Shown here: one piece after another, positions 9,200 through 17,678 of the stretch
How the letters are laid out: every line of letters begins with the position of its first letter
How positions within the stretch are numbered: position 1 is the first letter of the stretch
From: Candidatus Competibacteraceae bacterium
GTDB lineage: Bacteria; Bacteroidota; Bacteroidia; CAIKAF01
Assembly: GCA_014879445.1 (NCBI GenBank)
Contig: JACSSC010000026.1
Span: 2,033 to 66,032, forward strand
Direction of reading: 5' to 3'
DNA: 64,000 bases
The notes under the pieces: generated by a model
What the model saw: only the letters and a program-made list of their open reading frames with translations
Database searches by the model: none
What the model was told of the DNA's origin: nothing
Position numbers and translations under genes: made by a program

Positions 9200-10041
9200 T
9201 TTTGTTGATAATATTGTATTAATTGATTCATGGGATTTTTGCAAAAGTAGCCAACAGATATTTGCTGACTACACACTTTCCTCATTTCATTTTGAAAATA
9301 ATAAGCTACCGAACCGCTGAAATGTGCTGTATTGTGTAGAGGTGTCATGTTTTGATGTTGATAATATCTCAAATGACGGCTTATCAGCATTTGAAATGAA
9401 TGCATAATAGATTGCTGCATATCCGGATGCTGCCGATGTGTATGAATAAATGGTACAAAAGATGCCAAGTAGCGATTTGGAGATAATTCGCTATATACTT
9501 GTTGAATGATATCATCCATTGTGAGATGATATGTATCCCAGAATGCTTGTTGCAAATCTTTGGGCCATTCATTGCGCATATATGAAATTAAAAGTTGTTT
9601 GCCAAGCCATGAACCACTACCCTCATCGCCTAGGAGATATCCACCCGAGGGGGCAGAGGAAAGAATTTTTTGTCCATCCCATAAACATGACGCTGATCCT
9701 GTGCCAACAATAAAAATCAAGCTCTGTTGATTATTCGACAATGCATGAGCGACTGCCATGATATCGGGATAAACCTGTATGATAGAAGAAGGAAAGAAAT
9801 GAGATAAAACATCTTGCATAATTGGTGCAGAAGTAGTATTCACACCGGCACCGTAATAATGCACTTCATCGGGACATATTTTCAAAAAGTCCGCATCAAA
9901 AATCGGTGCAATGCGCCTATGAATATCGTCTTTCGACATTTGTATCGGATTGATTCCATCAGCATCTTTTGTAGAGATATAACCTGGGCTTAGGATAGCC
10001 CAGGTTGTTTTAGTTGAACCTGCATCTGCCAACAATATCAT
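9169..10041 (-). CDS. BadF/BadG/BcrA/BcrD-type ATPase (N-acetylglucosamine kinase family)
   Basis: N-terminal MILLADAGSTKTTWAIL and GTGSA motifs typical of COG2971 sugar kinases. The 3' end overlaps the ppx start by about 31 nt. Confidence 0.8.
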   Translation of the reverse strand: MILLADAGSTKTTWAILSPGYISTKDADGINPIQMSKDDIHRRIAPIFDADFLKICPDEVHYYGAGVNTTSAPIMQDVLSHFFPSSIIQVYPDIMAVAHALSNNQQSLIFIVGTGSASCLWDGQKILSSAPSGGYLLGDEGSGSWLGKQLLISYMRNEWPKDLQQAFWDTYHLTMDDIIQQVYSELSPNRYLASFVPFIHTHRQHPDMQQSIMHSFQMLISRHLRYYQHQNMTPLHNTAHFSGSVAYYFQNEMRKVCSQQISVGYFCKNPMNQLIQYYQQKWNGLKTQNM

Positions 10042-10146
10042 GGCTTAAAAATACGGGTTTCATTTCCTTACCAAGAAGAAAAACAGAGAATTTATTCAAA
10101 TCTTTTCACCATCCCTGTGATAAACAAGGAAAATTTATTCTCAAAA

Positions 10147-11148
10147 TCATTGTACAACCAGGCGAGCCGTATGCATAGTTATCCCTCTTTGCATGTGAAT
10201 AAAATAGATTCCTGATGGCCATGCCGTTAAATCTATTGTTTGGGTTGATGCCTGTGCACTAAACGACATTATTTCTCTTCCATCAGCAGAAAAAATCCTA
10301 ACAAACCCATCATCAATGCCTGATAAAATCACATGATTAGAGGAAGGATTAGGATACAAAGAAAACTCAGTATCAGTCACAAGATCGTTTATGCTCACTA
10401 AGCAAGGAGATTGACAAACCTGCACAGTGCCATGAATGGTACCCAGGTTCAAATCAACGGCATTAGAGCCAGACAAATCACACATATCAAGTGTTCCGGT
10501 AATAATCCCTAGATTTAAACTATTGCCATCAATGCAAATCTGTCCACCACCAAGAATCGTATCTGCATTGGTAAAATCAAGATTAACACGCATTGACCCT
10601 TCCATCTGCAAAACAGCATTCACGCCACTGATTAAGCTGTCACCATTGTAGAAATAATTTCGAATTACCAGTTCTTTAGAGGGGTCTGTAAGTTTAAAAG
10701 TGCCGGTGTTCCAGAAAGATTTTTCGATATAAACATTTCCTGTTGAGAGAAACCCACCGTTGAGAGTAACATTGCTAAACAAAGAATCTGCCTCAAAAGT
10801 GCCATGATTTGATACACGTCCACCAAATAAGGCAGTGCGCTTCACATTATAATACCCATTATTTTCGAGGATGGCCGACCCCCATACGGCAATAGCACGC
10901 ATTGGATTGTCGCCAATCAGTTTTCCTGTACTTGTGATAACTACTGCGCCTGAAGTGTAGCCAAAGTCAGTATCCAAAGTAATCTGGTGCTTAATGACAA
11001 TAGAATCACCGGGCAACGGAATACAAACACAATCCCAGATAAAAGGATTAAGGGCATTGCCATTGGCAACAGATTGTCTAACATTTTGGCTGAACACTGT
11101 TGCGGCAACAAGCATAAAACCTAAAAAAGCAAGTAAACGATTTTTCAT
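10147..11148 (-). CDS. Secreted protein with T9SS type-A C-terminal sorting domain (unknown function)
   Basis: Signal peptide MKNRLLAFLGFMLVAATVFSQ. C-terminus FSLYPNPSSNHVILSG...WPSGIYFIHM...RLVVQ is Por_Secre_tail-like. Confidence 0.7.
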   Translation of the reverse strand: MKNRLLAFLGFMLVAATVFSQNVRQSVANGNALNPFIWDCVCIPLPGDSIVIKHQITLDTDFGYTSGAVVITSTGKLIGDNPMRAIAVWGSAILENNGYYNVKRTALFGGRVSNHGTFEADSLFSNVTLNGGFLSTGNVYIEKSFWNTGTFKLTDPSKELVIRNYFYNGDSLISGVNAVLQMEGSMRVNLDFTNADTILGGGQICIDGNSLNLGIITGTLDMCDLSGSNAVDLNLGTIHGTVQVCQSPCLVSINDLVTDTEFSLYPNPSSNHVILSGIDDGFVRIFSADGREIMSFSAQASTQTIDLTAWPSGIYFIHMQRGITMHTARLVVQ

Positions 11149-11206
11149 AATTATTTATTAAAAATTGAGTATAAAGATATTTGTTTTAGAAATTAAAAAG
11201 AAAAAA

Positions 11207-11623
11207 CTATTCCAACATCTCGTAGTCATCGAAAGTGTCAGAATTTTCAGATTGTTTTGAGTCGGTGGGTGGTTTACGATGAACTTTGATTTCTGTTTTA
11301 AAGAGGGGCTCGGGTTTAAATTTAAGCAATTCGGCAATATCTACTTTCAATGCATGGGCAATTTCCATCAACGTATCAATGGTGAAATTATGTTTGCCAC
11401 TAAGCCATTTGCTGATTTCGGAAGGCGACTTACCCAAAATCGCTGCAAATTCAGATTTGCTTATGCCTTTATTTTTTAGAAAATTTTCGATGTTTTGGGC
11501 CAGGTTAAACTTTGTTTCAACCTGAACTTTCTCCACTTCCTTCATGCCTTCCAGCAAGGCCTTGAGTAAATTATCCCTAAACAAGGATTTTTTTGGTTGT
11601 TTGCTAAACATATCCGATTTCAC
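11207..11623 (-). CDS. XRE-family helix-turn-helix transcriptional regulator
   Basis: HTH_3-like segment ISKSEFAAILGKSPSEISKWLSGKHNFTIDTLMEIAHALKVDIAELL, with an acidic C-terminal tail. The track start is GTG at 11623; an alternative ATG lies at 11611. Confidence 0.7.
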   Translation of the reverse strand: MKSDMFSKQPKKSLFRDNLLKALLEGMKEVEKVQVETKFNLAQNIENFLKNKGISKSEFAAILGKSPSEISKWLSGKHNFTIDTLMEIAHALKVDIAELLKFKPEPLFKTEIKVHRKPPTDSKQSENSDTFDDYEMLE

Positions 11624-11658
11624 TATTCAATATTCAAAGTTAGCTAAAATCCTTTAAA

Positions 11659-12126
11659 TCATTTATCCTCGTTTTCTATTTGCCTAATCACTTCTGAAAT
11701 ATCATCATGCGAATACCCTTTTTGAAAAAGAAACATTCTAAGTTTATTTTTCTTTTCATAAGGATGAGCTGCTTTGATATTATCCCATTTTTTTGTTGCC
11801 AAATGATATAAAACATGGCGATAATTTTCATGTTCGATACTCTCTATGGCTTCTTTTATATAATCGGTATTAATAGCACGGCGCTTCAGCTCAATTTCAA
11901 TTTTTTTCTTTCCCCACTTTTTTAATGATGAACGGGCATGGGCATACATACGAGCAAATCGGCGATCGTCAACATAACCATCAGCAACCAACTTATTGGC
12001 GATTTCTTCAGCACGTATCTTATCAATTCCCGATTTTAGGCATTTTTCAATCACTTCCGAAAAACAGCGTTCGCGGTAAGCACACCATTTTGAAATTTTC
12101 TCATATCCATAATCTCTACTGCTCAT
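11659..12126 (-). CDS. recX: Recombination regulator RecX
   Basis: RecX-like pattern (DDRRFARMYAHARSSLKKWGKKKIEIELKRRAI), ~155 aa. ATG at 12126 overlaps the upstream gene's TGA (TGATG), which suggests translational coupling. Confidence 0.85.
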   Translation of the reverse strand: MSSRDYGYEKISKWCAYRERCFSEVIEKCLKSGIDKIRAEEIANKLVADGYVDDRRFARMYAHARSSLKKWGKKKIEIELKRRAINTDYIKEAIESIEHENYRHVLYHLATKKWDNIKAAHPYEKKNKLRMFLFQKGYSHDDISEVIRQIENEDK

Positions 12127-12572
12127 CAATTGTACACATATATCAATGCGCCGTCGAAACTAGTGCTGTATTGCTTAAGAGGATAAATGGCAGGGCCATC
12201 CACATTGCTTCCATTAATAAGATTAAATCGAGATCCACAACCTGACCCAGAGCAATCGTTATCCACGAGTAATAATCCGTTATCATCCACACTAACACGA
12301 CCACAGGGGTTCTCACTATCATACGGACAATGTCTTTCGTAGCAATTCACTTGATCAATAGAGGCCCTATACAATATTAATCCGCGTGATCCGCCATTCA
12401 AATATGCCCACCCTCCAACGGCCTGCAACGAAATAAATTGAGGTTCGAAAGTGCTTATTGTAACATTTATCGGCACATCAGGAATGTTGACCGGATACTG
12501 ATAGTTACAAGAAAACATAGAAGCCAAAACCAACATGAGAGAATAAATAGATACGCTCAGTTGCCATTTCAT
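12126..12572 (-). CDS. Hypothetical Cys-rich lipoprotein (148 aa) with Rieske box-2-like spacing
   Basis: N-terminus MKWQLSVSIYSLMLVLASMFSC is a lipoprotein signal. Motifs NCYERHCPY and DCSGSGCGSRFNLINGSNVDGP. Immediately upstream of recX and overlapping it by 1 nt. Confidence 0.5.
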   Translation of the reverse strand: MKWQLSVSIYSLMLVLASMFSCNYQYPVNIPDVPINVTISTFEPQFISLQAVGGWAYLNGGSRGLILYRASIDQVNCYERHCPYDSENPCGRVSVDDNGLLLVDNDCSGSGCGSRFNLINGSNVDGPAIYPLKQYSTSFDGALIYVYN

Positions 12573-12594
12573 TTTATACCTTTATACTGTGTTT

Positions 12595-14805
12595 ATGACA
12601 AAGATAACGAATTACACGGGCATTTGTGTATATCTTCTGCTGTTAACAGGGCAACATATCCCTATTTGGTCGCAACTATCCATACATCATGGGGTTACAC
12701 TACCTACACGCGATACTGTTCGGGCATTGATTATTTTTGCCGAAGTAGATTATATGGATGGGCCATGCCCCAAAGACCTTCCCGACGAATTTCAAGGACA
12801 ATGGACACGTCTGCCTGATGGTAGCAGAGGTCTGCCGGCAAATGCGGATATCTATTTAGATCCTATCATTTCTAACCAGCCCAAGGGTTATATTACAAGC
12901 TATTATTACGAAGCATCTTTTGGTCAATATGTACTCCTGGGCGATTATCTTCCTTTTGTGGTTCGTGTTCCCTGTCATCAGATTAAACAAGGGCTCAATC
13001 TTGAGCAAACCTTACGCATCATTGATCAGCGAGCTGATGGTCAACCTCTATCAACGGCTCATGGCATACCTCTCACTTCCTTTGATCTTTGGAGCGAAGC
13101 CCCCCCCGGCCATATCAAGCCCAAAATACCCGATGGAAAAATAGATTTGGTATATCTGATTTGGCGAAATAATCGATTCCTAAGTGGATATAATACATGG
13201 GACAATTCAGGATATGGCGTAACACAAGTCAAAGGTATTCCCTTTTGTGGTATGCAGGGCGTTAATAATGCAGCATCTTTCAACAACTCATGGGGTGATG
13301 AGCATGGGTTTCACATTACCATTGCCGAACATTTACATGCCATATTTGGAGGCAATCACTGGCATTCGGGCGGAGGAAGAGGTATTCATACTTTTTTGGC
13401 AATACCATACAATTATGGATTAACCGGGCAGCTCGAAGCTACTATGCAAGCCGTTTGCGGCTGGGATCGTTGGATGATGAAATGGAAAAATCCAAAAAAA
13501 AAATTCCTGATTTCTGTACTTGATTCTTCATTGATGGAAATAAATACAGAAGATTTTAATATAAAAACTCATCCAACAGGAGGAATGTTTTATTTACGCG
13601 ACCATGTTCAAACCGGCGATGCCATTCGTATTCGACTGCCATATTTCAATTGGGAAAAAGAAGGCGACATCAAAAACCAATATCTTTGGCTCGAATATAG
13701 AGATTTCGCCACCCGATTTGACCAGTACATGAAAACCGGTGAGGCAGAATGTAGCGATCATCATCCTGAATACCCTAATGGCACACCCGGATTATACGCA
13801 TACATTCAAGTTGGCAAGGATCAGCGAGAAGGTGAGCATATTTATCACGCCCGCCCCTCTCTTCCCAATGGATTAGCCAGTTGGCTTCTTCCCCTCACTG
13901 CTGAGGGCAATCATGACTTTCATTATCGGTATGACAAAATACCCGACCCTCTGCCCGGATGTGGCAGCTGGGGCAATAAAACGATTCCGGTTGAATTAGC
14001 AAAAAGTAAACCCAATCCATTCACAGGTCACTCCGACCTTTTTCGTATCACCGATTCCAATCAAGATGGGAAATTATATTCAGGCGACGATCTTCAGCCA
14101 GGGCTGGCAGATATGTGGGGTGATTCGGTTTGGTTTAATTATCATCGCAATGGAGATAAAGATGATGCCTTCTGTTTTAAAAATAAAAAAACCCGCCTTT
14201 CGATTAGTACCAATCCTGCGCCCGTTCCGGTTTACACCTATGCTACCGATTACGAATACAATCAATTTTATTTTACATCCGGTGCCCAGCAAAGTCGTTT
14301 TGAAAACCGCAGTATTGCGCTGAATGGGTTATCTATTGAAATCATAAGGGAAGATGATAACGGTCCGGTAGGCAAAGCTATATTGGTTCATATTAGATGG
14401 GATGATTATGTAGTCAATCAATCTGTACGATGGTGTGGCCATATTGAATTGCGTCCGCATGCATTTAATCCTGAGAAGCCCTCATTAATCTTAGAAAGAA
14501 ACAAAAGCATATTGCTTGACCGTAGCGAATCTCCGACTTATCACACAAACAAAGGGGTTAGTGATAGGGGGATATATTGGTTTTCTGACACTACTGTATT
14601 TGTCGGGCTTCCTGGTGCAAATATCCAACTACAAACAGGTGCAAGAATTGAATTAAAAAATGGAAGTCGGCTTGAACTTCGTGATGGAAGTCAACTGGAA
14701 ATGGGCAAAAAAAGTCGCATTATAATACATCGTGGCTCTGCACTGATACAACATACAGGCGCAAAAATCGTTAAAGCAAAAGGTGCAAAAATTATTTTCA
14801 AATAA
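12595..14805 (+). CDS. Large hypothetical secreted protein (737 aa)
   Basis: The track start (12589) is GTG; the first ATG is at 12595. N-terminal hydrophobic signal, His-rich segment GDEHGFHITIAEHLHAIFGGNHWHSGGG, EF-hand-like loop DSNQDGKLYSGDD, and C-terminal beta-strand-like repeats (GANIQLQTGARIELKNGSRLELRDGSQLEMG). No family recognised. Confidence 0.6.
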   Translation: MTKITNYTGICVYLLLLTGQHIPIWSQLSIHHGVTLPTRDTVRALIIFAEVDYMDGPCPKDLPDEFQGQWTRLPDGSRGLPANADIYLDPIISNQPKGYITSYYYEASFGQYVLLGDYLPFVVRVPCHQIKQGLNLEQTLRIIDQRADGQPLSTAHGIPLTSFDLWSEAPPGHIKPKIPDGKIDLVYLIWRNNRFLSGYNTWDNSGYGVTQVKGIPFCGMQGVNNAASFNNSWGDEHGFHITIAEHLHAIFGGNHWHSGGGRGIHTFLAIPYNYGLTGQLEATMQAVCGWDRWMMKWKNPKKKFLISVLDSSLMEINTEDFNIKTHPTGGMFYLRDHVQTGDAIRIRLPYFNWEKEGDIKNQYLWLEYRDFATRFDQYMKTGEAECSDHHPEYPNGTPGLYAYIQVGKDQREGEHIYHARPSLPNGLASWLLPLTAEGNHDFHYRYDKIPDPLPGCGSWGNKTIPVELAKSKPNPFTGHSDLFRITDSNQDGKLYSGDDLQPGLADMWGDSVWFNYHRNGDKDDAFCFKNKKTRLSISTNPAPVPVYTYATDYEYNQFYFTSGAQQSRFENRSIALNGLSIEIIREDDNGPVGKAILVHIRWDDYVVNQSVRWCGHIELRPHAFNPEKPSLILERNKSILLDRSESPTYHTNKGVSDRGIYWFSDTTVFVGLPGANIQLQTGARIELKNGSRLELRDGSQLEMGKKSRIIIHRGSALIQHTGAKIVKAKGAKIIFK

Positions 14806-15319
14806 TCACATTGTTGTTATAAGCTTCATACTTGCATGCCTTTGTGCAAGTGTGCAAAGCAACGTGCTATTTGCTCAAAAACGCAATCCCAAAATTGAGC
14901 GTACGACCGTAAAAGATGCTCCAGAAGAAACCAAGCACAATAAAAAAAACGTACGCCCTAAAAAAAGAAAAAAATTACAATCGCGTGACTTTATCAACCA
15001 CAAATACAGTATGCGAAAAAAAATGACGGCAAAAGAAAAAAGACAAGTTGATAAAATAGCCGGGGTGGATAGAAAAAAAGTGAGAAAAGAAAAAAAGAAA
15101 GAAAAGAAAACAGATAGGTATTTTAAAAAAGAAGAGCGAAAATTGCGTCGTAAACACATGCGATTGCAAGATCCTGACGTACGGAAAAGAATGCGAAAAA
15201 ACTTCCGTAAAACTAAAAAGGAGTTTATATCGCTTCAACAAAAAAAGAGAAAAAGCCCATTAAACAAAAAACCCGGAAAGCCCAAAAAACGCAAGCGACA
15301 TACGCTGCCTAAACCATAA
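14783..15319 (+). CDS. Hypothetical extremely basic (Lys/Arg-rich) low-complexity protein with a putative signal peptide
   Basis: GTG start at 14783, overlapping the previous stop. After MQKLFSNNHIVVISFILACLCASVQSNVLFAQ the protein is about 45% K/R. Strand is uncertain, because K-rich coding produces F/L-rich antisense ORFs. Confidence 0.4.
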   Translation: MQKLFSNNHIVVISFILACLCASVQSNVLFAQKRNPKIERTTVKDAPEETKHNKKNVRPKKRKKLQSRDFINHKYSMRKKMTAKEKRQVDKIAGVDRKKVRKEKKKEKKTDRYFKKEERKLRRKHMRLQDPDVRKRMRKNFRKTKKEFISLQQKKRKSPLNKKPGKPKKRKRHTLPKP

Positions 15320-15376
15320 AGCGCTACAACCGTTTTCTTTTTGTATTTTCGTTGCCTATTTGGAACGAACAATCTT

Positions 15377-16894
15377 ATGTCAAACGAACTTTCAGAACAA
15401 GAAATCATTCGCAGGCAGGGCCTGGAAGAATTAAGAAAGATGGGTATTAATCCCTATCCATCTGAACTTTTTCCGGTAAACGCATATGCGTCTCATATTA
15501 AATTATCATTTGACTCGCAGCCCGAGAATTTTGCTGAAGTATGTTTGGCCGGACGGCTAATGAGCAAACGCATAATGGGAAAGGCCTCTTTTGCAGAACT
15601 TAAAGACAGCAGTGGCCGCATACAATTATATATCAATCGTGATGAAATTTGCTCGGGTGATGACAAAGAATTGTATAATACAGTTTTCAAACGATTGCTC
15701 GATCTTGGTGATTATATTGGAGTAAAAGGGTATGTATTTAAAACCCAGGTAGGCGAAATTTCTGTACATGTTAAAGAGTTAATTGTTTTAGCTAAATCTT
15801 TGCGTCCGCTGCCCGTAGTAAAAACAGATGCCGACGGGAATATTTATGATGCATTTGCTGATCCCGAACTTCGCTTCCGCATGCGATATGTTGATCTTGT
15901 TGTAAATGACCATGTAAAAGATACATTTCTTAAGCGTAGTCGAATGATTCATTCCATTCGCGATTTTCTGAATGTACAAGGTGCTTTAGAAGTTGATACG
16001 CCGGTATTGCAGAGCATACCGGGAGGCGCTGCAGCCCGACCATTTATTACGCATCATAATGCGCTTGACATGCCATTATACCTTCGCATCGCCAATGAGC
16101 TTTACCTGAAACGACTCATTGTTGGCGGATTTGATTGGGTATATGAATTCAGTAGAAATTTCCGAAATGAAGGTATGGATCGTACTCATAATCCCGAATT
16201 TACAATTCTTGAATTTTATGTAGCATACAAAGATTATTATTGGATGATGGAGCAAACGGAACAAATGCTCGAAAAGGTTTGCATGGATGTAAATGGAACC
16301 ACCGAAATACCAAGTGGGACAGATACCCTCTCATTCAAAGCTCCTTTTCGCAGAATTTCTCTGTATGATGCCATTCAAGAACATACCGGTGTGGATGTAT
16401 CACAAATGAATGAAGACGCGCTTCGCAATCTTTGCAAAAAATTTCATATCGAAACTGATAATACAATGGGACGAGGCAAGCTCATTGATGAGTTGTTTAG
16501 TGAAACTTGCGAAAAGCATTTTATCCAACCTACATTTATTATTGATTATCCTATCGAAATGAGCCCGCTTACTAAAAAACACCGCCACAAAGAAGGATTG
16601 GTTGAACGATTTGAGTTGATGGTAAATGGCAAAGAAATAGCCAATGCATATTCGGAATTAAACGATCCGATAGACCAATACGAAAGATTTCTTGAACAGG
16701 TAAAGCTAATGGAGCGGGGTGATGATGAAGCCATGTTTATTGACCATGACTTCATCCGATCTATGGAATATGGTATGCCTCCCATGAGCGGAATAGGAAT
16801 CGGTATAGATCGCCTGGCCATGCTTATGACCAATCAATCAACCATACAGGAAGTTTTGTTCTTTCCACAAATGCGCCCCGAAAAGCCCGAATAA
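15377..16894 (+). CDS. lysS: Lysine--tRNA ligase (class II)
   Basis: N-terminal anticodon-binding OB fold and class II core motifs (FRNEGMDRTHNPEFT, GIGIGIDRLAMLMT). The track start at 15341 is TTG; ATG at 15377 gives MSNELSEQE. Confidence 0.93.
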   Translation: MSNELSEQEIIRRQGLEELRKMGINPYPSELFPVNAYASHIKLSFDSQPENFAEVCLAGRLMSKRIMGKASFAELKDSSGRIQLYINRDEICSGDDKELYNTVFKRLLDLGDYIGVKGYVFKTQVGEISVHVKELIVLAKSLRPLPVVKTDADGNIYDAFADPELRFRMRYVDLVVNDHVKDTFLKRSRMIHSIRDFLNVQGALEVDTPVLQSIPGGAAARPFITHHNALDMPLYLRIANELYLKRLIVGGFDWVYEFSRNFRNEGMDRTHNPEFTILEFYVAYKDYYWMMEQTEQMLEKVCMDVNGTTEIPSGTDTLSFKAPFRRISLYDAIQEHTGVDVSQMNEDALRNLCKKFHIETDNTMGRGKLIDELFSETCEKHFIQPTFIIDYPIEMSPLTKKHRHKEGLVERFELMVNGKEIANAYSELNDPIDQYERFLEQVKLMERGDDEAMFIDHDFIRSMEYGMPPMSGIGIGIDRLAMLMTNQSTIQEVLFFPQMRPEKPE

Positions 16895-16927
16895 ATTTGG
16901 ATGAAATTTCATTCATAGATAATAAGC

Positions 16928-17605
16928 ATGCAGATTGATATCATAAGTGTTCTGCCTGAAATGATGGAAAGCCCGCTTTCTCAATCCATCGTTCAACGAG
17001 CCCGACAGAAAGGTTTGGTTCAAATTAATCTGATTGGTCTTCGCGAATTTGGACTAGGTGCATATAAACAGCTTGACGATTATCCATATGGTGGCGGTGG
17101 TGGAATGGTTTTACGTGTTGAACCATTAGCAGCATGTATCGAACATTTGCTTCAACAACAAACCTATGATGAAATCATCTATCTCACTCCTGATGGCGAA
17201 CAACTCAATCAAAAAACAGTAAATTCATTAAGTACAAAAAATAATCTTCTGCTTATTTGCGGTCATTATAAAGGAATAGACCAAAGAATTCGCGACAAAT
17301 ATGTAACCTGCGAAATCAGCATCGGCGATTATGTGCTCAGTGGTGGCGAAATAGCTGCCTGTGTATTAGCCGACGCCATAGTGCGACTTATTCCTGGTGT
17401 GCTAAGTGATGAAATGTCGGCATTAAGTGATAGTTTTCAAGATGGATTGTTAGCACCACCTGTGTACACTCGTCCTGAAATTTGGGAAGGTCGTTCAGTG
17501 CCCGAAGTACTAATCAGCGGACACGAAAAACGCATTGCAGAATGGCGTTTAGAAGAATCCATTGCCAGAACACGCAAACGCAGACCCGACTTGCTCGACG
17601 AATAA
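16928..17605 (+). CDS. trmD: tRNA (guanine37-N1)-methyltransferase
   Basis: Hallmark TrmD motifs YPYGGGGGMV and IGDYVLSGGE. 225 aa. Confidence 0.92.
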   Translation: MQIDIISVLPEMMESPLSQSIVQRARQKGLVQINLIGLREFGLGAYKQLDDYPYGGGGGMVLRVEPLAACIEHLLQQQTYDEIIYLTPDGEQLNQKTVNSLSTKNNLLLICGHYKGIDQRIRDKYVTCEISIGDYVLSGGEIAACVLADAIVRLIPGVLSDEMSALSDSFQDGLLAPPVYTRPEIWEGRSVPEVLISGHEKRIAEWRLEESIARTRKRRPDLLDE

Positions 17606-17628
17606 AACGATCAGCGTTAACTCAAATT

Positions 17629-17660
17629 AAAAAGCCGTTTCAAAATAGAAACGGCTTTTT
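17629..17660. terminator. Bidirectional rho-independent terminator between trmD (+) and the convergent giant T9SS gene (-)
   Basis: 10-bp perfect stem aaagccgttt / aaacggcttt with an 8-nt loop, flanked by an A-run upstream and a T-run downstream. Confidence 0.7.
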
Positions 17661-17678
17661 AATATTAATTCTAAAAAG

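Noticed and set aside
13270-13350. HExxH zinc-metalloprotease motif in the 737-aa protein
   Set aside because: The His-rich segment reads EHGFH / AEHLH. It is neither HExxH nor HxxEH with correct spacing, so no peptidase call was made.
14875-15241. F/L-rich minus-strand ORFs (94 and 88 aa) opposite the K/R-rich ORF
   Set aside because: They are the expected antisense reading of AAA/AAG-rich codons. The plus-strand ORF is longer and contiguous with the upstream gene. The ambiguity is flagged in the corresponding finding.
16901-16912. 12-bp perfect palindrome ATGAAATTTCAT between lysS and trmD
   Set aside because: A 12-bp AT-rich palindrome is expected many times by chance in 64 kb of AT-rich DNA. 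There is no supporting context.
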